DNA from: the human T2T-CHM13v2.0 reference genome, Homo sapiens
Assembly (NCBI RefSeq): GCF_009914755.1
Contig: NC_060932.1
Length of the DNA stretch: 64,000 nucleotides
Strand: one strand, 5' to 3'
In this document: piece by piece, positions 27,846 to 41,063 of the stretch
Layout: every line of letters begins with the position of its first letter
Numbering within the stretch: the stretch's first letter is position 1
Position numbers and translations under genes: made by a program
Notes under the pieces: model-generated
Database searches by the model: none
Told to the model about the DNA's origin: nothing
What the model saw: the letters and a program-made list of their open reading frames with translations, nothing else

Positions 27846-29833
27846 TATGCCATATCATTCTCTTTACTGATTACACTGAGTAACTTCTTTGTAGAAAGTA
27901 AGATATACTTATCTGAGTATTGCCCTGTTATCCCAAAATACATACTACAATAAAAATCCTTCATATTTACCGTATACTAATTGAATATTTGTAATCATTT
28001 GAAAAAATGTAATACATTTCCATGCTGTTAATAATTATGTTGAGAAGAAACTATTTTGTAACTTTTTTGAAAACGGAAAGTACTTTTCTGTTTAATATCT
28101 TTTAAATGGAAAATACTTTCTATGGTCGTGATTATAAACTTTCCTTTGGTTTTAATTCTGTCTCAGGGTTTGTTGGTGGTGAACTTGCCTGATTGAAAGT
28201 CTTGGGCAAGTTTGGGATATTCTCACTCTGACTTAAGACTTCGCAATGCATTTGAACTCCTCTGTCCTGGGCAATGTCAGGATTGGTTCAAATAATTATT
28301 CATAAGACATAAAATGTAATGAGAAGAAACATTATAGGCAAATAGTCTTTTAGAACCTTGTTTTAAATTAAAACATGGTTTTAATTTACTTGGGCATTTT
28401 AACTAATGCTTAGGCATTTTAAATGCAAAATTGATAGCATCATTAACCAAATGAAAAATCATAATATATGTCTTTCAGATAACCAAAAAGAGGTGGAAAA
28501 GTCTAGCAATTGATACCACAAAGATACTGAACTGTGGTTTAGCCAAGTAGAGGGCATAGCTCCTGGGAGTGGAACAAGTTGCTTCTGAAGTATGAGTTTA
28601 TAAACCTCAAAACAAGACTAGTGACAAATTTTGCTTCAATACGTCTAAGTTAATATATAAAATAAGATTTCTGGTGGAGAGGTTTATAGATTTTTCAGTA
28701 AACAAATTGTTTTTAAACACCTTTAAGCTGGAGAAGAAGCAACTGCCTACCTGTAAGTAATTGGTATGCTAACTATAGGTAATTCTTTTCTAGGCATCAG
28801 CCAAACCTCATAAAAAACACTACTGTGGTAGTTATTTCATTGGTTTGAATTGTCTCAGGCACTTGCAATTTTTTCAAAGATTATATTTCTCTGAAAATAT
28901 CCTATAACTTAACATTTTCACTCTTCTGGCTGTTCTTTGCCTGGTTACTTCAAGGGGTTTCTCTCAAGTACTACCGTAACTTACAGGATGGATGTTTTCT
29001 TATTCCTATCTGCAATTCTGTGAAAATAAAGCAATTGTTCAGTGGGTAGTAATATGAATGCAAAAATATGTCTCCACAGAAGCATTAGCATAATTTACTG
29101 TACATTCAATGAAATTAAGACAGCCAATAAGGAATATAATTCTTATTTATTTTGAAATGATGGTAACAAATGGCTTTGTTACCTTCAAGCTTCTTACTGG
29201 CTTAAGCTCTTTTAAAATTCTATGGACTATATAAGCTACTCAATTTTAAGTTTTCATTTTTGAATTCAAGCTTTTTTGGTTAGGTAAAGAATAGAAGTAA
29301 CTACCATAAAGAAGAAAATATAATCATCTAATTTCTCCTGAACTCTGTATAACATTGGCCATTAATCTACATCAATATATGGTGAAGATATGTAAGCAGA
29401 ATGTACAATGTATAAGACATGCATATATCAATGTAAGGTAGTAATGTTTATTTTAAATTCCGCAGATCCATTTAGATTCCTTTGGTTTTATATTTGGTCT
29501 ATTTTGTTACTGCCTCTATAATTCTGCTTATTTATTTCAAATTTTACAACATCTATTTCTCCTTTGAGAAAACGTAGACAACTGATATTGGGATAGAGTT
29601 TAAATTGTGAGAAATATTCAGTTACAGTAAAAGAAATGCATTAGAACTAGAACTTGCGTGATTTTAAATTTTATTAGAAGTAGGTGTCAAGTTACCTAAG
29701 ATGTCCAAGAGACAGCTGATGGGTTATGAGTTAAATTTTGGGTTCTGCTTATCATTTCTTAGAAATCAATTTAAGGCATCAGTTTTCAATAGCTTTTTTA
29801 TGTATAACTAAAAAAGAGATATATGATATTTGG

Positions 29834-29834
29834 T
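29834..29834 (+). other. Likely site of HapICE SNP8NRG221533 (rs35753505), T allele
   Basis: Context GAGATATATGATATTTGG[T]AAAATAAAGATAC matches my recollection of the published flank; not verifiable from the sequence alone. Confidence 0.6.
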
Positions 29835-30247
29835 AAAATAAAGATACATGGCTTCCAGTCTCTTGAGACATCTGTCTTCATGAAAGAGATGGAGAGTTCC
29901 CATTTCTACTTACAAGAATGAATGTATGTCATAATAAAGACCAGCTATCATTTGTTATATACAAAATATGTGGTTCTTTCTTTGACTTTTTTTCTGGATT
30001 TAGACAACCACAGATGACATTTATGAGAAATGAACTACACTGAATTCAACTGAGAAAGTAGAAGATTCTGTATCTCCATTAACTTGTGAGAGGCTTATCA
30101 TTCCAAACCTTCTCCAGACAGCCCAGCGATCTTCACATTCTCTCAACTCCGTGGTCTATGACTGTCATTTGTCAATTAATTGCAAACTGAGTTCATATAT
30201 AGTCTGTGTATGTTTCAGTACACATGTAGGAATATCTAGGGAGGTAT

Positions 30248-30650
30248 TGTTGTTCTGGGCTCTTTGGAAATATACTCTGAGACCCTGAGATTTACATGAG
30301 GAAAGTTTATTGAGGAATACTTTTGAGAACTTGAGTGAGGAAAGCAGGGATGGGCAGAGGGAGAAGTTGAACTGTGATGCAGTTGCAACAGAATCCCTAC
30401 CAATCCCACAGGAAGGGGGTCTAACTTTGGGTGAGGCGGCACTTTTTGCCTGAGGGTGATTCCCAAGGAAAGACTAAGCTCTGAACCACTGGCAACCAAT
30501 GTTTCTGATAGCTGATGAAATGAGAGCCTCAGTCTCCAAGAGTGAAACTCCATCTCAAAAAAAAAAAAAAAAAAAAAAAAAGAGGAAACGAGAGCTTCAG
30601 CCTCAGTCATGAAGCTGGGATCTAGCAGGTACACTACAGCATCCACTACG
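30248..30650 (-). mobile_element. ERVL LTR (LTR33/LTR16-like) interrupted by an Alu 3' stub
   Basis: CTGAGATTTACATGAGGAAAGTTTATTGAGG is the antisense of an ERVL LTR poly(A) region. Confidence 0.5.
30537..30581 (+). mobile_element. Alu 3'-terminal stub (20 nt plus A25)
   Basis: CAAGAGTGAAACTCCATCTC(A)25 matches an AluSp/Sq-type 3' end. Confidence 0.8.
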
Positions 30651-30659
30651 GTAGGTAAT

Positions 30660-30902
30660 GTAATGAAGGTTAATAGCACAGTCCAACAGACAGATGCATT
30701 GGCTTGAAACTTGCTTCTATCATATACTGGTTATGTAGGCTTGGGCAAGTTACTTAACCTTTCTGTCCCTATGAAGCGGGGATAAAGATACTGCAGGTTA
30801 TCTCACTGAGTTATTGTGAAAATGGATGAGTTAACACATGTAAAGCTTATAGAAGTTCTTGGAATATGGTGAGAGCTCAACACTCGTCAGCCATTATTAT
30901 TA
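30660..30902 (+). mobile_element. MIR
   Basis: CTTGGGCAAGTTACTTAACCTTTCTGT core; 3' CATTATTATT. Confidence 0.85.
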
Positions 30903-31508
30903 GAGGCTGCTATAAAATAACAAAACTTGTTTTCAAATGAACTTACCTGTATGAATATTTGTTCCTGTTTAGGTCAGGTGGGCTAGTAACAAATATACTC
31001 CAAATCTCTAGTTGCTTCAAACAACAAGGATTTATTTCTTGGCCATGCCACATGTATATCATGTGTTGACTGGTGTTTTCCTCACTTTAGGACTCAACCT
31101 GACAGAGCAGCCAGTAGCTGGAACATTGCCCCTGCTGTGGTGGAGAAAAATATAGCATTTGAAATGCATGCTGACTCTTAAAACTTCTACCTGGAAATGA
31201 AACATGCCATTTCTACTCGCATTTCATTGGTCAAAATAAATCATGTAGGTACATATAACTCTGAGTGGGAAGGAAAATGTAATCCTGCCCTCTTCCTGGA
31301 AGGAAAACCAGAAATACTTCAGGAACAGCACTAAGATTATGGCAATTTAATTTTTAAAAGTTATCTGGGGAGATATATACTCAGTTCTGAAAGCTAACTT
31401 TTTTTGAGCACTTAGTATCAGCCAGGCACTGTGACAAAGAGCAATATTATGAAATAGATTCTATTGCAGTAATATCCCAATATTGTACACTTAGAAAAAA
31501 AAAGCTGA

Positions 31509-31858
31509 GGCCGGGTGTGGTGTCATGCCCGTAATCACAGCACTTTGGATTGCCGAGGTGGGTGGATCACCTGAGGTAAGGAGTTTGAGACCAGCCTGGC
31601 CAACATGGTGAAATGCCATTTCTACTAAAAATACAAAAATTAGCTGGGTGTAGTGGTTTGCGCCTATAATCCCAGCTACTTGGGAGGTTAATACACAGTC
31701 CAAGAGACAGATGCATTGGCTTGAAACTTGCTTCTATCATATACTGGCTATATACAGGAGAATCACTTGAACCCAGGAGGCAGAGGTTGCAGTGAGCCAA
31801 GATTGCGTTACTGCACTCCAGCTAGGGAGACAGCAAGACTGTCTAAAGAAAAAAAAAA
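31509..31858 (+). mobile_element. AluSx carrying a 70-bp foreign insert
   Basis: GGATCACCTGAGGT S-type; TSD AAAAAAA(G)CTGA; insert at 31685-31754. Confidence 0.92.
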
Positions 31859-34269
31859 CTGACACTTACAGAAACTTGATCAATACCATATATCTACAGG
31901 ATGGTGAACACAGGCTCTTATTCAGGCCTATCTGATTGCAAAGCTCATACTCATAACTACCACTCTACTTCCCCCCAAGAACTTCAGTGATGCCAGCATG
32001 ACTTGAAATTTTTTCAACACATGTTCTAAGTTTTTTCCCAGGAACTGCTTTTAGAGTCTATGGTTTAGAGGAATCTAATTCCCTAAATGTATGAACTCTC
32101 ATATGTAGTAGAAACTTCTTTCTTGCTCCCATGATGGTATCAGATGGGTAGATAGACCAGTAGAGTGGTCCTCTTCCATGGAGTGGGAGACTGATGGACA
32201 CTCCATCTTCTTCGGCACAAGGTATTCAGGGGTTATCTTCTTCCATACAGTCAGAAGGATGCCAGCGGGCCAGGCCTGGAAGTGATGCACATAACTTCTG
32301 CTTACATTCCATTGGCTTGAAACTCAGTGATAGTGCTATACCTGACTATAAGGAAGGCTGGGAAATGTAGTTAGGCTGTGTACTAAATGTAGACGCATGT
32401 ACTGTGCTGTGTGTTTTCAAGGTATTGAATAGAACTTAAAATTGGGTAAATATACTTGAGGACGGCAGGGAATCTCTTAAAGTGACTTCATTGTTTGGCC
32501 TGCAATCCTCTCTCATTTCAGTATTCCAGAATATTGTCTTATTTTAGTTTATTCCGCTCTCTAACATTTAGTATCCTGTACTTCTTAACATGTTTTATAG
32601 TTTGGCTTTGTGCTAATGGAAAGATTATGGTTAGAATTCTTTACCTTTCCTTTAATTTTTTTTTTAGTATGAATACAGGATAATACAGAGGACACTCTGA
32701 TAGTAATTAGTAAAGAACCCTGCATTCTGACCCCAGAGGAGGGCTTCACATGCTCCTTGGCCAGCACTGCATGCTTTAGGGGCCCACAAGGCCACCAGAT
32801 AACTCTGAAGTCTGGTGGGAAAGCAACATTTTCGGACTTAGCCCCCAGAGGGCTCCTAACAAACTATATGAGTTTTTAAGGAGCTTCACAGGGGATGGAG
32901 TGGCAGAGTGGATTGTTGAACTGGAAGGGAATTTTGAAAGCTATTGCAATGAATTGCAAAACTTAGCCTTTATTAATGTTTTAGAAACTTTCCTTTGCAG
33001 GTTGGGTTGGAGCTGTTTTATTGCCTACTCCCATAATTAATCATAAGGTTACTAAAGGTTGGATTCTATATCACACCATGATTCTAGTGTGGTCATCATT
33101 ACTGGAGGCATGAGGAGTCCCGTAATGTATATCACTTAAAAATTTTTAAATGCTTTCACTAACACTATATATTTTTTCATTTTGTTCACTAGGGAGACTC
33201 AGGGTCTATTCTCCCTCTACTTTGTATTTCTAAACTAATCTAGGGTTTTTATATTTTGTTACATGGAACATGTATGTATAACGTCTCTAAAAGTTAATAA
33301 GACAGATACCTGCAAAATTATTTGGTAGAAGAAAAACAGGTTCAGCTAGGTTGTATTACTTTCCTCAGGTCATGTAGTTGGTAATAACACCTCAAATTTT
33401 GAAGCAAGTTCTTCTGACTTTTCATTGTTCTTCTCCCTAACTATGTTGCTTATCATATTTGTTAGAATGCAATCTAGAGAAGCAAATATTGACTCTTTGA
33501 GGATCAATTCCAGTATTGAGAATAGCCGAAAGTTGCCCAGTATTAAAAGTTGGTGACTAAGTTAGATAACATTATTTTGGATAAATAATAAGGTATGTTT
33601 ATAAATATTTTTGAAGCTCATTAAATTGACAAATAATATATATCCTTAAAATATTTGTTAGCTTCAATTGACAAAAATGCACAAATTTAAAAAAAATGCA
33701 TAAGCTGACTATGTATCCATGTGACTATCAATTATTTTAAGATCGGAACCAGATCTAAGGAAACTGAAAACAGAAACTAGCTGAAAGAAAACATGCAGAG
33801 TTCAAACAATGGCCATGTTTAAAAACTGAACTTTTCTTTTCAGTGATTTTTTAATGAAGTCTAGTATGCAGCACTAAGTGTGTGACTTGGCCTTTGAGAG
33901 GGGTTATTCATAAAGGTGGAGGGGGAATGAGCAGTTATTCCTATCCATTATGTGTTAGGTGATTTATTTCATTTAATCCTTGTATCTGTCTATGAAACAG
34001 ATAATACTTCTATTTTAATGATGAGGGAAGGGCTCCTGGTTTTCAGTACCTGATCAAAGGTCACACAGCTAGAATCACACAGCCACCATAGGAGGCAGAG
34101 CTTGAATTAGAATCCTAGTCCATCTGTTCCAAAGCCAAGGTCTTTCTTCCAAACAATGCTGCTTCTTTTCAAAGGGATAAGAAAGGATGGGGATGAAGTA
34201 GGTTGAATGGTGGTTTCATTCATGAATAGTTGTTCTGAGGGTCTTAGTCATTACAATAAATAACAACAA

Positions 34270-36180
34270 CAACAACAAAAATTATAAAGATTACAAAAGA
34301 AGTGAAAGTGTTCCCTGCTATAGACTGTTCCCAAAGGAAATATGCAAGTCTCCAAATCATCTACATGAACTAACAAATACATTCAGTAAGGGCACAGGAA
34401 ACAGAGTCAATATAAAAGAATCAACTGGTTCCTTGTGTAACAGCAGCAACAAGTGAAAAGTGAGATGATATAAAATCCTATTTACAGGAGCACCAAAAAT
34501 ATGAAATATTTATGAATAAATTTAACCAAAAAAGTTCAAGATCACTACATTGAAAACAATAAAGCATTGCTGAGAGAAAAATAAAGAGGGCCAAAAAAGG
34601 TTCGTGGATTAGAACACTCAATATTGATAAGATGACAATTCTCCCCCAGTTGGTCATAGAGTCAGTATGATCTGAATAAAAATTTCAGCACTCAGTTTTG
34701 TAGAAATTGAGAAGTGATTATAAAGTTTATATGAAACTACATTACCAAGGAAATTTTTAAAAATAAGAATGGAATTGGAAGACTTACCTTACTTGATTTT
34801 AATACTTACAACAAAGTTACAGTAACAAAGACAGTATGGTTTTGGTGAAAGCACACACATATAGTTTAGATCAGAACAGAGTCCAGAAATAGAGCCACAG
34901 GTACTTGGTCAATGAATTTTTGACAAAAGTGCTAAGGTAATATAATGGGAGAAATAAAAGTCTTCAAAAAAAGGTCCAAGGTCAACTAAATACTTGTGTG
35001 GAAACAAAATTAACATGTATCCTTACATCACCCTACACTCAAAAATTAAATTAAAATGAATCATAGACTTAAATGCAAAATCTGAGATTGTAAATCTTCT
35101 AGAAGAAAATATAGAAAAATATCTTCACAAACTAGAGATAGGGGAAATATTTTGGAAGAAAAAAGTGCATGAAACATAAAGAAAACAATTGACAAATTGG
35201 ATTTCATCAAAATAAAAAACATTTGATTTTTAAAGACACCACTAATAAGATATAAAATCAAGCCACAGACTGGGAGAAATGATTCACAACACGTATATGA
35301 AGAAAGTAACTTGTATGTAGCACAGGCAAAAATACAGTCATGACTCATTAATAAGACAAACACTAAATAAAAACTAGGCAAAAGGTATGAATAGACTTCT
35401 CCAGAAAAGATATATGGATGGCAAATAAGCACATTAAAAAGTCACTAGGGAAATATTAATTATGATCACAATAAAATACCTCTATATACATACATATTAA
35501 AATGGCTACAAATGGTAAAAAATGACCATTCCAAATTTTGGCAAGGATCTGGAGGAAATAGAACTTTCATAAACTAGTTTGATTGTAAAATTGTACAACC
35601 ACATTGGAAAACACTTTTGGCAGTTTCTTTAAAAGTTTTATACATACCCTATGGCCCAGTCATTCCACTTCTAGGCATTTACTCAATGGAAACAAAAACA
35701 TATGTTGACCTAAAGATAGTATACACATGTTTATAGAGTTTTACTTATAATATCCCCAAGCTGCAAACAACCCAAATGTCCATCAGTGGATGTATGAATA
35801 AAGAACTTGTGATATATCCATGCAATGGAATACTACTCAGCAATAAAAAGAAATGAGCTGTTGATATGTGGAACAACACGTACAAGTATCAAAATAATTA
35901 TGCTGAGTAAATAAAGCCAGGTAAAACCAGGGTACATATTGCATGATTTCATTTTAATATTGTTAAATGTAAATTTATGTATAGGGATAGAAAGAGGATG
36001 AGTGATTGCTCGGGGAAGAGCTGCGGGAATGCATGGCTTATAGATAGGCACAAAGAAACTTTTAAGAGTGATGGACATGTTTTCTGTTTTTATCATGATG
36101 ACATTTGTATACATGTCAGGTTGCATGCCTTAAATACATACATTTTCAAGTACTTCAATTATGCCTTAATAAGGTTGAAC
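34270..36180 (+). mobile_element. Old L1 (L1MC/ME) ORF2 3' half and 3' UTR
   Basis: Sense A-rich L1 ORF2 motifs (CAACCCAAATGTCCATCAGTGG, GGAATACTACTCAGCAATAAAAAG). Confidence 0.8.
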
Positions 36181-36239
36181 AAATTAGCACTAGCAGACAG
36201 GTCTATAGATTTTCCAGCTGTGGAGCAAGTGAGCATCCA

Positions 36240-38580
36240 TTCTTAAACCCTAGGTTAAATTCCAGATTAAGATGGCATAAATCTAATTTTGTTTACTCCT
36301 GATAATCGAATCTAAATAAAGGAATTTTTTAAAAGCCACAAACCTTTAACAAACAAGAATAGGGAAATGACAACAATAAAATTTTGAACACTTGAATCAG
36401 ATTGAAAAGTAGTAAATTACCTGAGAATACCAAATCTTCAACTGGGAATGAGTAAAGTCAAGAATCAACTCAGCTGATGTTGCAAAAGGCTCAGGAATTA
36501 TCAGCACTGACTACTCTTGGAAGTGGGAATGAAAGGATGAAGGTAAATAAGAACTGTTTGCAATCTGATTTAGAAGCATTAGATGCCTAGATTCCCCCTC
36601 ACCTGCTCTATGATCCTATGCACTGCCCTTCTCTGTCCAGACATAGAACTGGAAGTTTATTCCTGGGTTGAGTAAAACAGAGAGTCTCTGGACTGGGGAT
36701 GCCTGGCAAAATTGAGAATAGCTTATACTGAAAATAAGGTGCTCAGAGAATATGTGCACAATGAATGCTGAGGCTTGTAGCCTACTTCCCTCATGGACTT
36801 GAGAAACAATAGTAGGCAGACTTTTCCTTCTGGGCAGGAGATTGAATACTCTATGGAATCTGACCAGCCCAAGAGGAAAACATCTAAAGAAACTGACATT
36901 GAAGGTTCCAGACGAACAGCCCACCCAGTTCTCTTGACTGTGAAACTCTTGGTACAAAAGCTGCGCCCTTGGACTTATAGCTTCCGTCAACTTTTTAGCT
37001 CCCTTTCCTAAATATGAGAAGACAACCAAGAATTGCTAGATAGCTGATGAAATTTCTAAATGAGATATAACAACTAAAAAAGAAAAATCCAATTTGGTGG
37101 AAAGAATACTTTTCAAAAACTCTCATTAATATCTCCAGAAACAGAAGAAAAAAATTATATACTTATAAAGAACAGGATGCTTCAAAATGAATATTCAAGA
37201 AAAACCTTGGAAATTTAAATAAAGTAGAAAAAGAAATAAAATGCTCAAAAAAAGACTTGAGAGATAAAGGAATTTCTTCCTGTGACTACTGCAAAACCAG
37301 AACTCAAAGCAAAATAAAACAAAAAACAGAAATGGAAGCTAAGAAAAAATAAGAAAATCAGAAGACCAGCTCAAAGTCCAGGAGTTTCAGAAAGACATTC
37401 CAGAGAAGTGAAGGGGAGGAATTCATTAGCAAAAATAATTTAAGATTATTCTCCAAAACAGAAAGATGTGATTTTCTGGAATGAAAGGATGCTGCAAAGT
37501 CATTAAAAATTGATCTACTACCAAGGCTCATCATGATATTTCAGAGTACTGGGGATAAAGAGAAGATCACATAAGCTTCCAGGGGAGGGGAAAACCATGT
37601 TATTTAAAAGGAAAATAAATTAGACCAGCTTCAGAGTTCATAAAAGTAACATTGAAAACTATAAAACAATGGAGCAATATCTTCTACATTCAAAGGGAAA
37701 ATAATTTCCAACCTAGAAATCTATACTCAGCCAAACAGTCAATAAAATCCAAGGAAAGTCTCAAAACGTTTACTCCCATGTACCCTTCCTTGGGAAGCTA
37801 CTGAGGATACACTTTATTAAAACAAGTTAGTGAACCAAGAAAAAGGGAGAGATTGGATCGAGGAAACAGGAGATCCAACTCAGGAGACAAGCAAGCTCCC
37901 TTTGTTTGATGGTGAAAGGAAATCTTTGAATGAGAATTATCAGACATAAAGGGGAATCACTGGAGTGTAAATCAGGTTATAATTTCAGAGAGAGAGATGT
38001 CTTCAAAAACACAAAGTTGATAGAATAGTTAAGGTAAAGAAATGTATTGAGAAGGTATTTAGCGACATAGGGAAGAACTTGAAGCTGACTTAGGGATAAG
38101 TACATAAAAAGTTAAGCAAATAGGGGAAAACCAGAAACAATTGTTAGCTCCAGGGTAAGTAGGATATTGAGCAGGGAAGAATTTTAATCATAATTTATAT
38201 TATGGTTCATTTTTGAATTATATACATAGATTTGATAAAATACTGAATAATCAAAATTTTGATTTAACTCTATACTAGGAAGGAATGGGGTATGGGGAGT
38301 GAACATTTACTTGGAGAGCAAAAAGAACTAAACTCTTACCTTGTGTAGTTAATACATAACACCTAAAACTGAAAAGAAATCTAGAAATAGCAGTATGATC
38401 ATGTTTTTGGGGTAAATACCAAGACTCAGCTAAGAGTTGAAACTGATTACTTTGTGGAAGGAGAAATGGAAAATGGGGGTGTCTTGAGATTCCTGTTTGT
38501 ATTAACAAGTCATAGAAGTAGCTTACTCTTGAACTATGTGCATGTATCACTTTGATAAGAAACAAACATTTAAAAAAAAT
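36240..38580 (+). mobile_element. HAL1 (half-L1)-like element
   Basis: L1 ORF1-like segment (~37100-37850) runs directly into a 3' UTR ending TGTGCATGTATCACTTTGATAAG...AAAAAAAA, with no ORF2. Confidence 0.6.
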
Positions 38581-38940
38581 TGTCCTCAGTTCTAGAATTT
38601 TCAACCCCTAGAAATTTCTATTCACTCTGGTGTAAACCTTGAGAACTTCTAACATTCCTCCCAAATATGTGATGAGATCGTGGATCTCATAAGCTCTTTG
38701 CTCTAGGGTAGTTTCAAGCATGGCTTACATCTGACATAGCCGACCTCCTGGTGAATGATAGACAAGTGAGAATATCCAGGTAATATTCGCCCTTAGAAAC
38801 GTGGAGAGTAACTAAATTTTGTTACGTTGGGGATAGAGACAAGAGGAGAGTGGTTCCACCATCAGCTAGCTTGTTAGCAGAATTTTCATGTTTGAAGCAG
38901 AAATATTAACAGAAAAAAAATGCACCATTAGGTACGTGAG

Positions 38941-39310
38941 TGATATGGTCTGAATGTATGTGTGCCCCCCCAAATTCATATGTTAAGACATAACCCCCAA
39001 GGTCATGGTAGTAAAAGGTGGGGCCTTTGGAAGATGAGTAGGTCATGATGCTAAAGCTCTCATGAATGTGATTAGTAACTTTATAAAGGGGCTTGAAGGA
39101 GCCTGTTTGCCCCTCCTACCATGTGAGGACCCATGGAAAGTTCCATCTTTGGAGAAGAGAACAGGCCCTCAGCAGACATCAAACCTGGTGGCACCTGGAT
39201 CTTAGATCTCAGACTTCCCAGACTCCAGAACTGTGAGAAATAATTTTCTGTTATTTAAAAGTTACCCAGTCTAAGATATTTTGTTACAGCGGCCTGAATG
39301 GACTAAGATA
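38941..39310 (+). mobile_element. Solo MaLR LTR (MLT1A0/MSTD-like)
   Basis: TGATATGGTCTGAATGT...CCCCCCAAATTCATATGTT...GGACTAAGATA. Confidence 0.85.
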
Positions 39311-40729
39311 GTGGGAAAAGTAAAGATGATAAGAACAGCTAAGTTCAGAGCAGATTCATTTATTGGATCACAAAGGAAGATCTTATTCTTGTTTTGGACC
39401 CATAATTAATTTCAAGGGGAAGTTTGCTGCTTTATATAAAATGGGAAATTCTGAAAATACTTCTAGATGAGGCACTATGGCAATATTACTCATTCAGAAA
39501 GGTTGAACTTTTTAAGGAGCTTTTTCTTCTTTGATTTTATGTTATTTATAAAGGATTTAAGGTACCTTTTAGTGTTTCATGTTCTTTGTTTGGAATTCTG
39601 GACGTGATTTCCTGTGGAAACACTTGCAGGTGTTTGGGTCTACAATGCCAACCCTCTAATGACTCATTCATCTCTGGTTGCCACAACAGCACTGAACTAA
39701 TTTTTCTATGGAAAAATTCAAATATGCCTTCATATAGGGCAGTCAGGAATACTTGTGACCTTATTTTGTAATGGAAATTAAAAAGGACTGATGATAGGTG
39801 GGATCAGGAGTAGAGATGCTCTTTAAGGGCAGGAGAGTATTACTATTGGGAAAGGTACAGCTTATAGCAGTGAAGATTTACAATTCTTCTTCCAGTACCT
39901 CTTGGCAGAAAATACTGTGGTATCCAGACCCCATTCTGAATCTGATTTGATTTATTTCTTGGGCTAGAAGAGAATAAACATGTAGTTAGGAGCATTTCTA
40001 GGCAGTAATAGGTTGAAGAGACAGGTAGAGTGGAATCTCAAGAGGAGAGAGGGAAGGAAGGAGATTTCTTCGGTCACATAATATTCTAGTTCTGGCTCAA
40101 GATATTTTATTTACATATATATGTATATCTTCTGAGTTGGATGCATGCACACATATGTTGAGCTCGTATAAATCAAAAGCTGTCTGTACATCATTTTGGT
40201 ATCTTGTCAACCTCACAAAAACTAGTATCAATGAATGTTATGAAATTTCACAATTCATTAGAGAAAAATGAAGTTTAAATGGTAAGAATATAAACTCTTA
40301 AGTTAATATGCTTAATAATTAAGAACTTTTGCCTTGGAGTAGATGAAGAAACCCAAGAATTATATATTAATTTAACGAAGAGAAAAATATCTATTTAAAG
40401 AATTGACCATTTTCTAAAATTCCAGAACAACAGTGCACATAATTGGATGCTCATAACAACACAGAAAAGGATGCTCAGTCTGTGAAGTTCAGTCTCAACC
40501 AGTTTTGCATTTTATCTTCATCTTTAATATCAGGATAAATATTATAACTTAATGCTTTGGTATTTTCCTGAATATTTCCTTTGGGAGACTGAATTTTTTC
40601 ATAGATAAAAGGGAGGTATACAGATACGTTCAATCCTATTTACCAGAATGAGTTTTTGGCTCATCTTTCATATTGTTTTACTGACTGCTATGAAGAATTG
40701 TCCTCCTCCTCTTTTATTTCATAGAACAT

Positions 40730-40915
40730 TTCTTTTTCTTTCTTCTCTTTTTCTTTTTCTCCTTTTTCTCCTTCTCCCCTCCCCCTCCTTCTTTTTCTCC
40801 TTCTCCTCCTTATTCTCCTCCTCCTCCCCCTCCTACAACTTCTTTTCCTTCCTCCTCCTCTTCTTCTTCCCCTTCCCCTTCCTCCTCCTCCTCCTCCTCC
40901 TCTTCTTCTTTCTTC
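40730..40915. repeat. CT-rich polypyrimidine tract ((TCC)n/(TTC)n)
   Basis: Read directly. Confidence 0.9.
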
Positions 40916-41063
40916 TGAAATGGCGTCACTCGGTTGCCCAGGCTGCAGTGCCTTAGCACAATCATAGCTCACTGCAGCCTCAAGCTCTTAAGGCTCAAGG
41001 GATCCTCCCACCTCAGCCTCCTGAGTAGCTGGGACCACAGGTGTGCACCACTGTGTCTGGCTC
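40915..41063 (-). mobile_element. Alu right-arm monomer (FRAM/AluJ fragment)
   Basis: A single antisense Alu arm whose tail merges into the CT tract. Confidence 0.8.
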
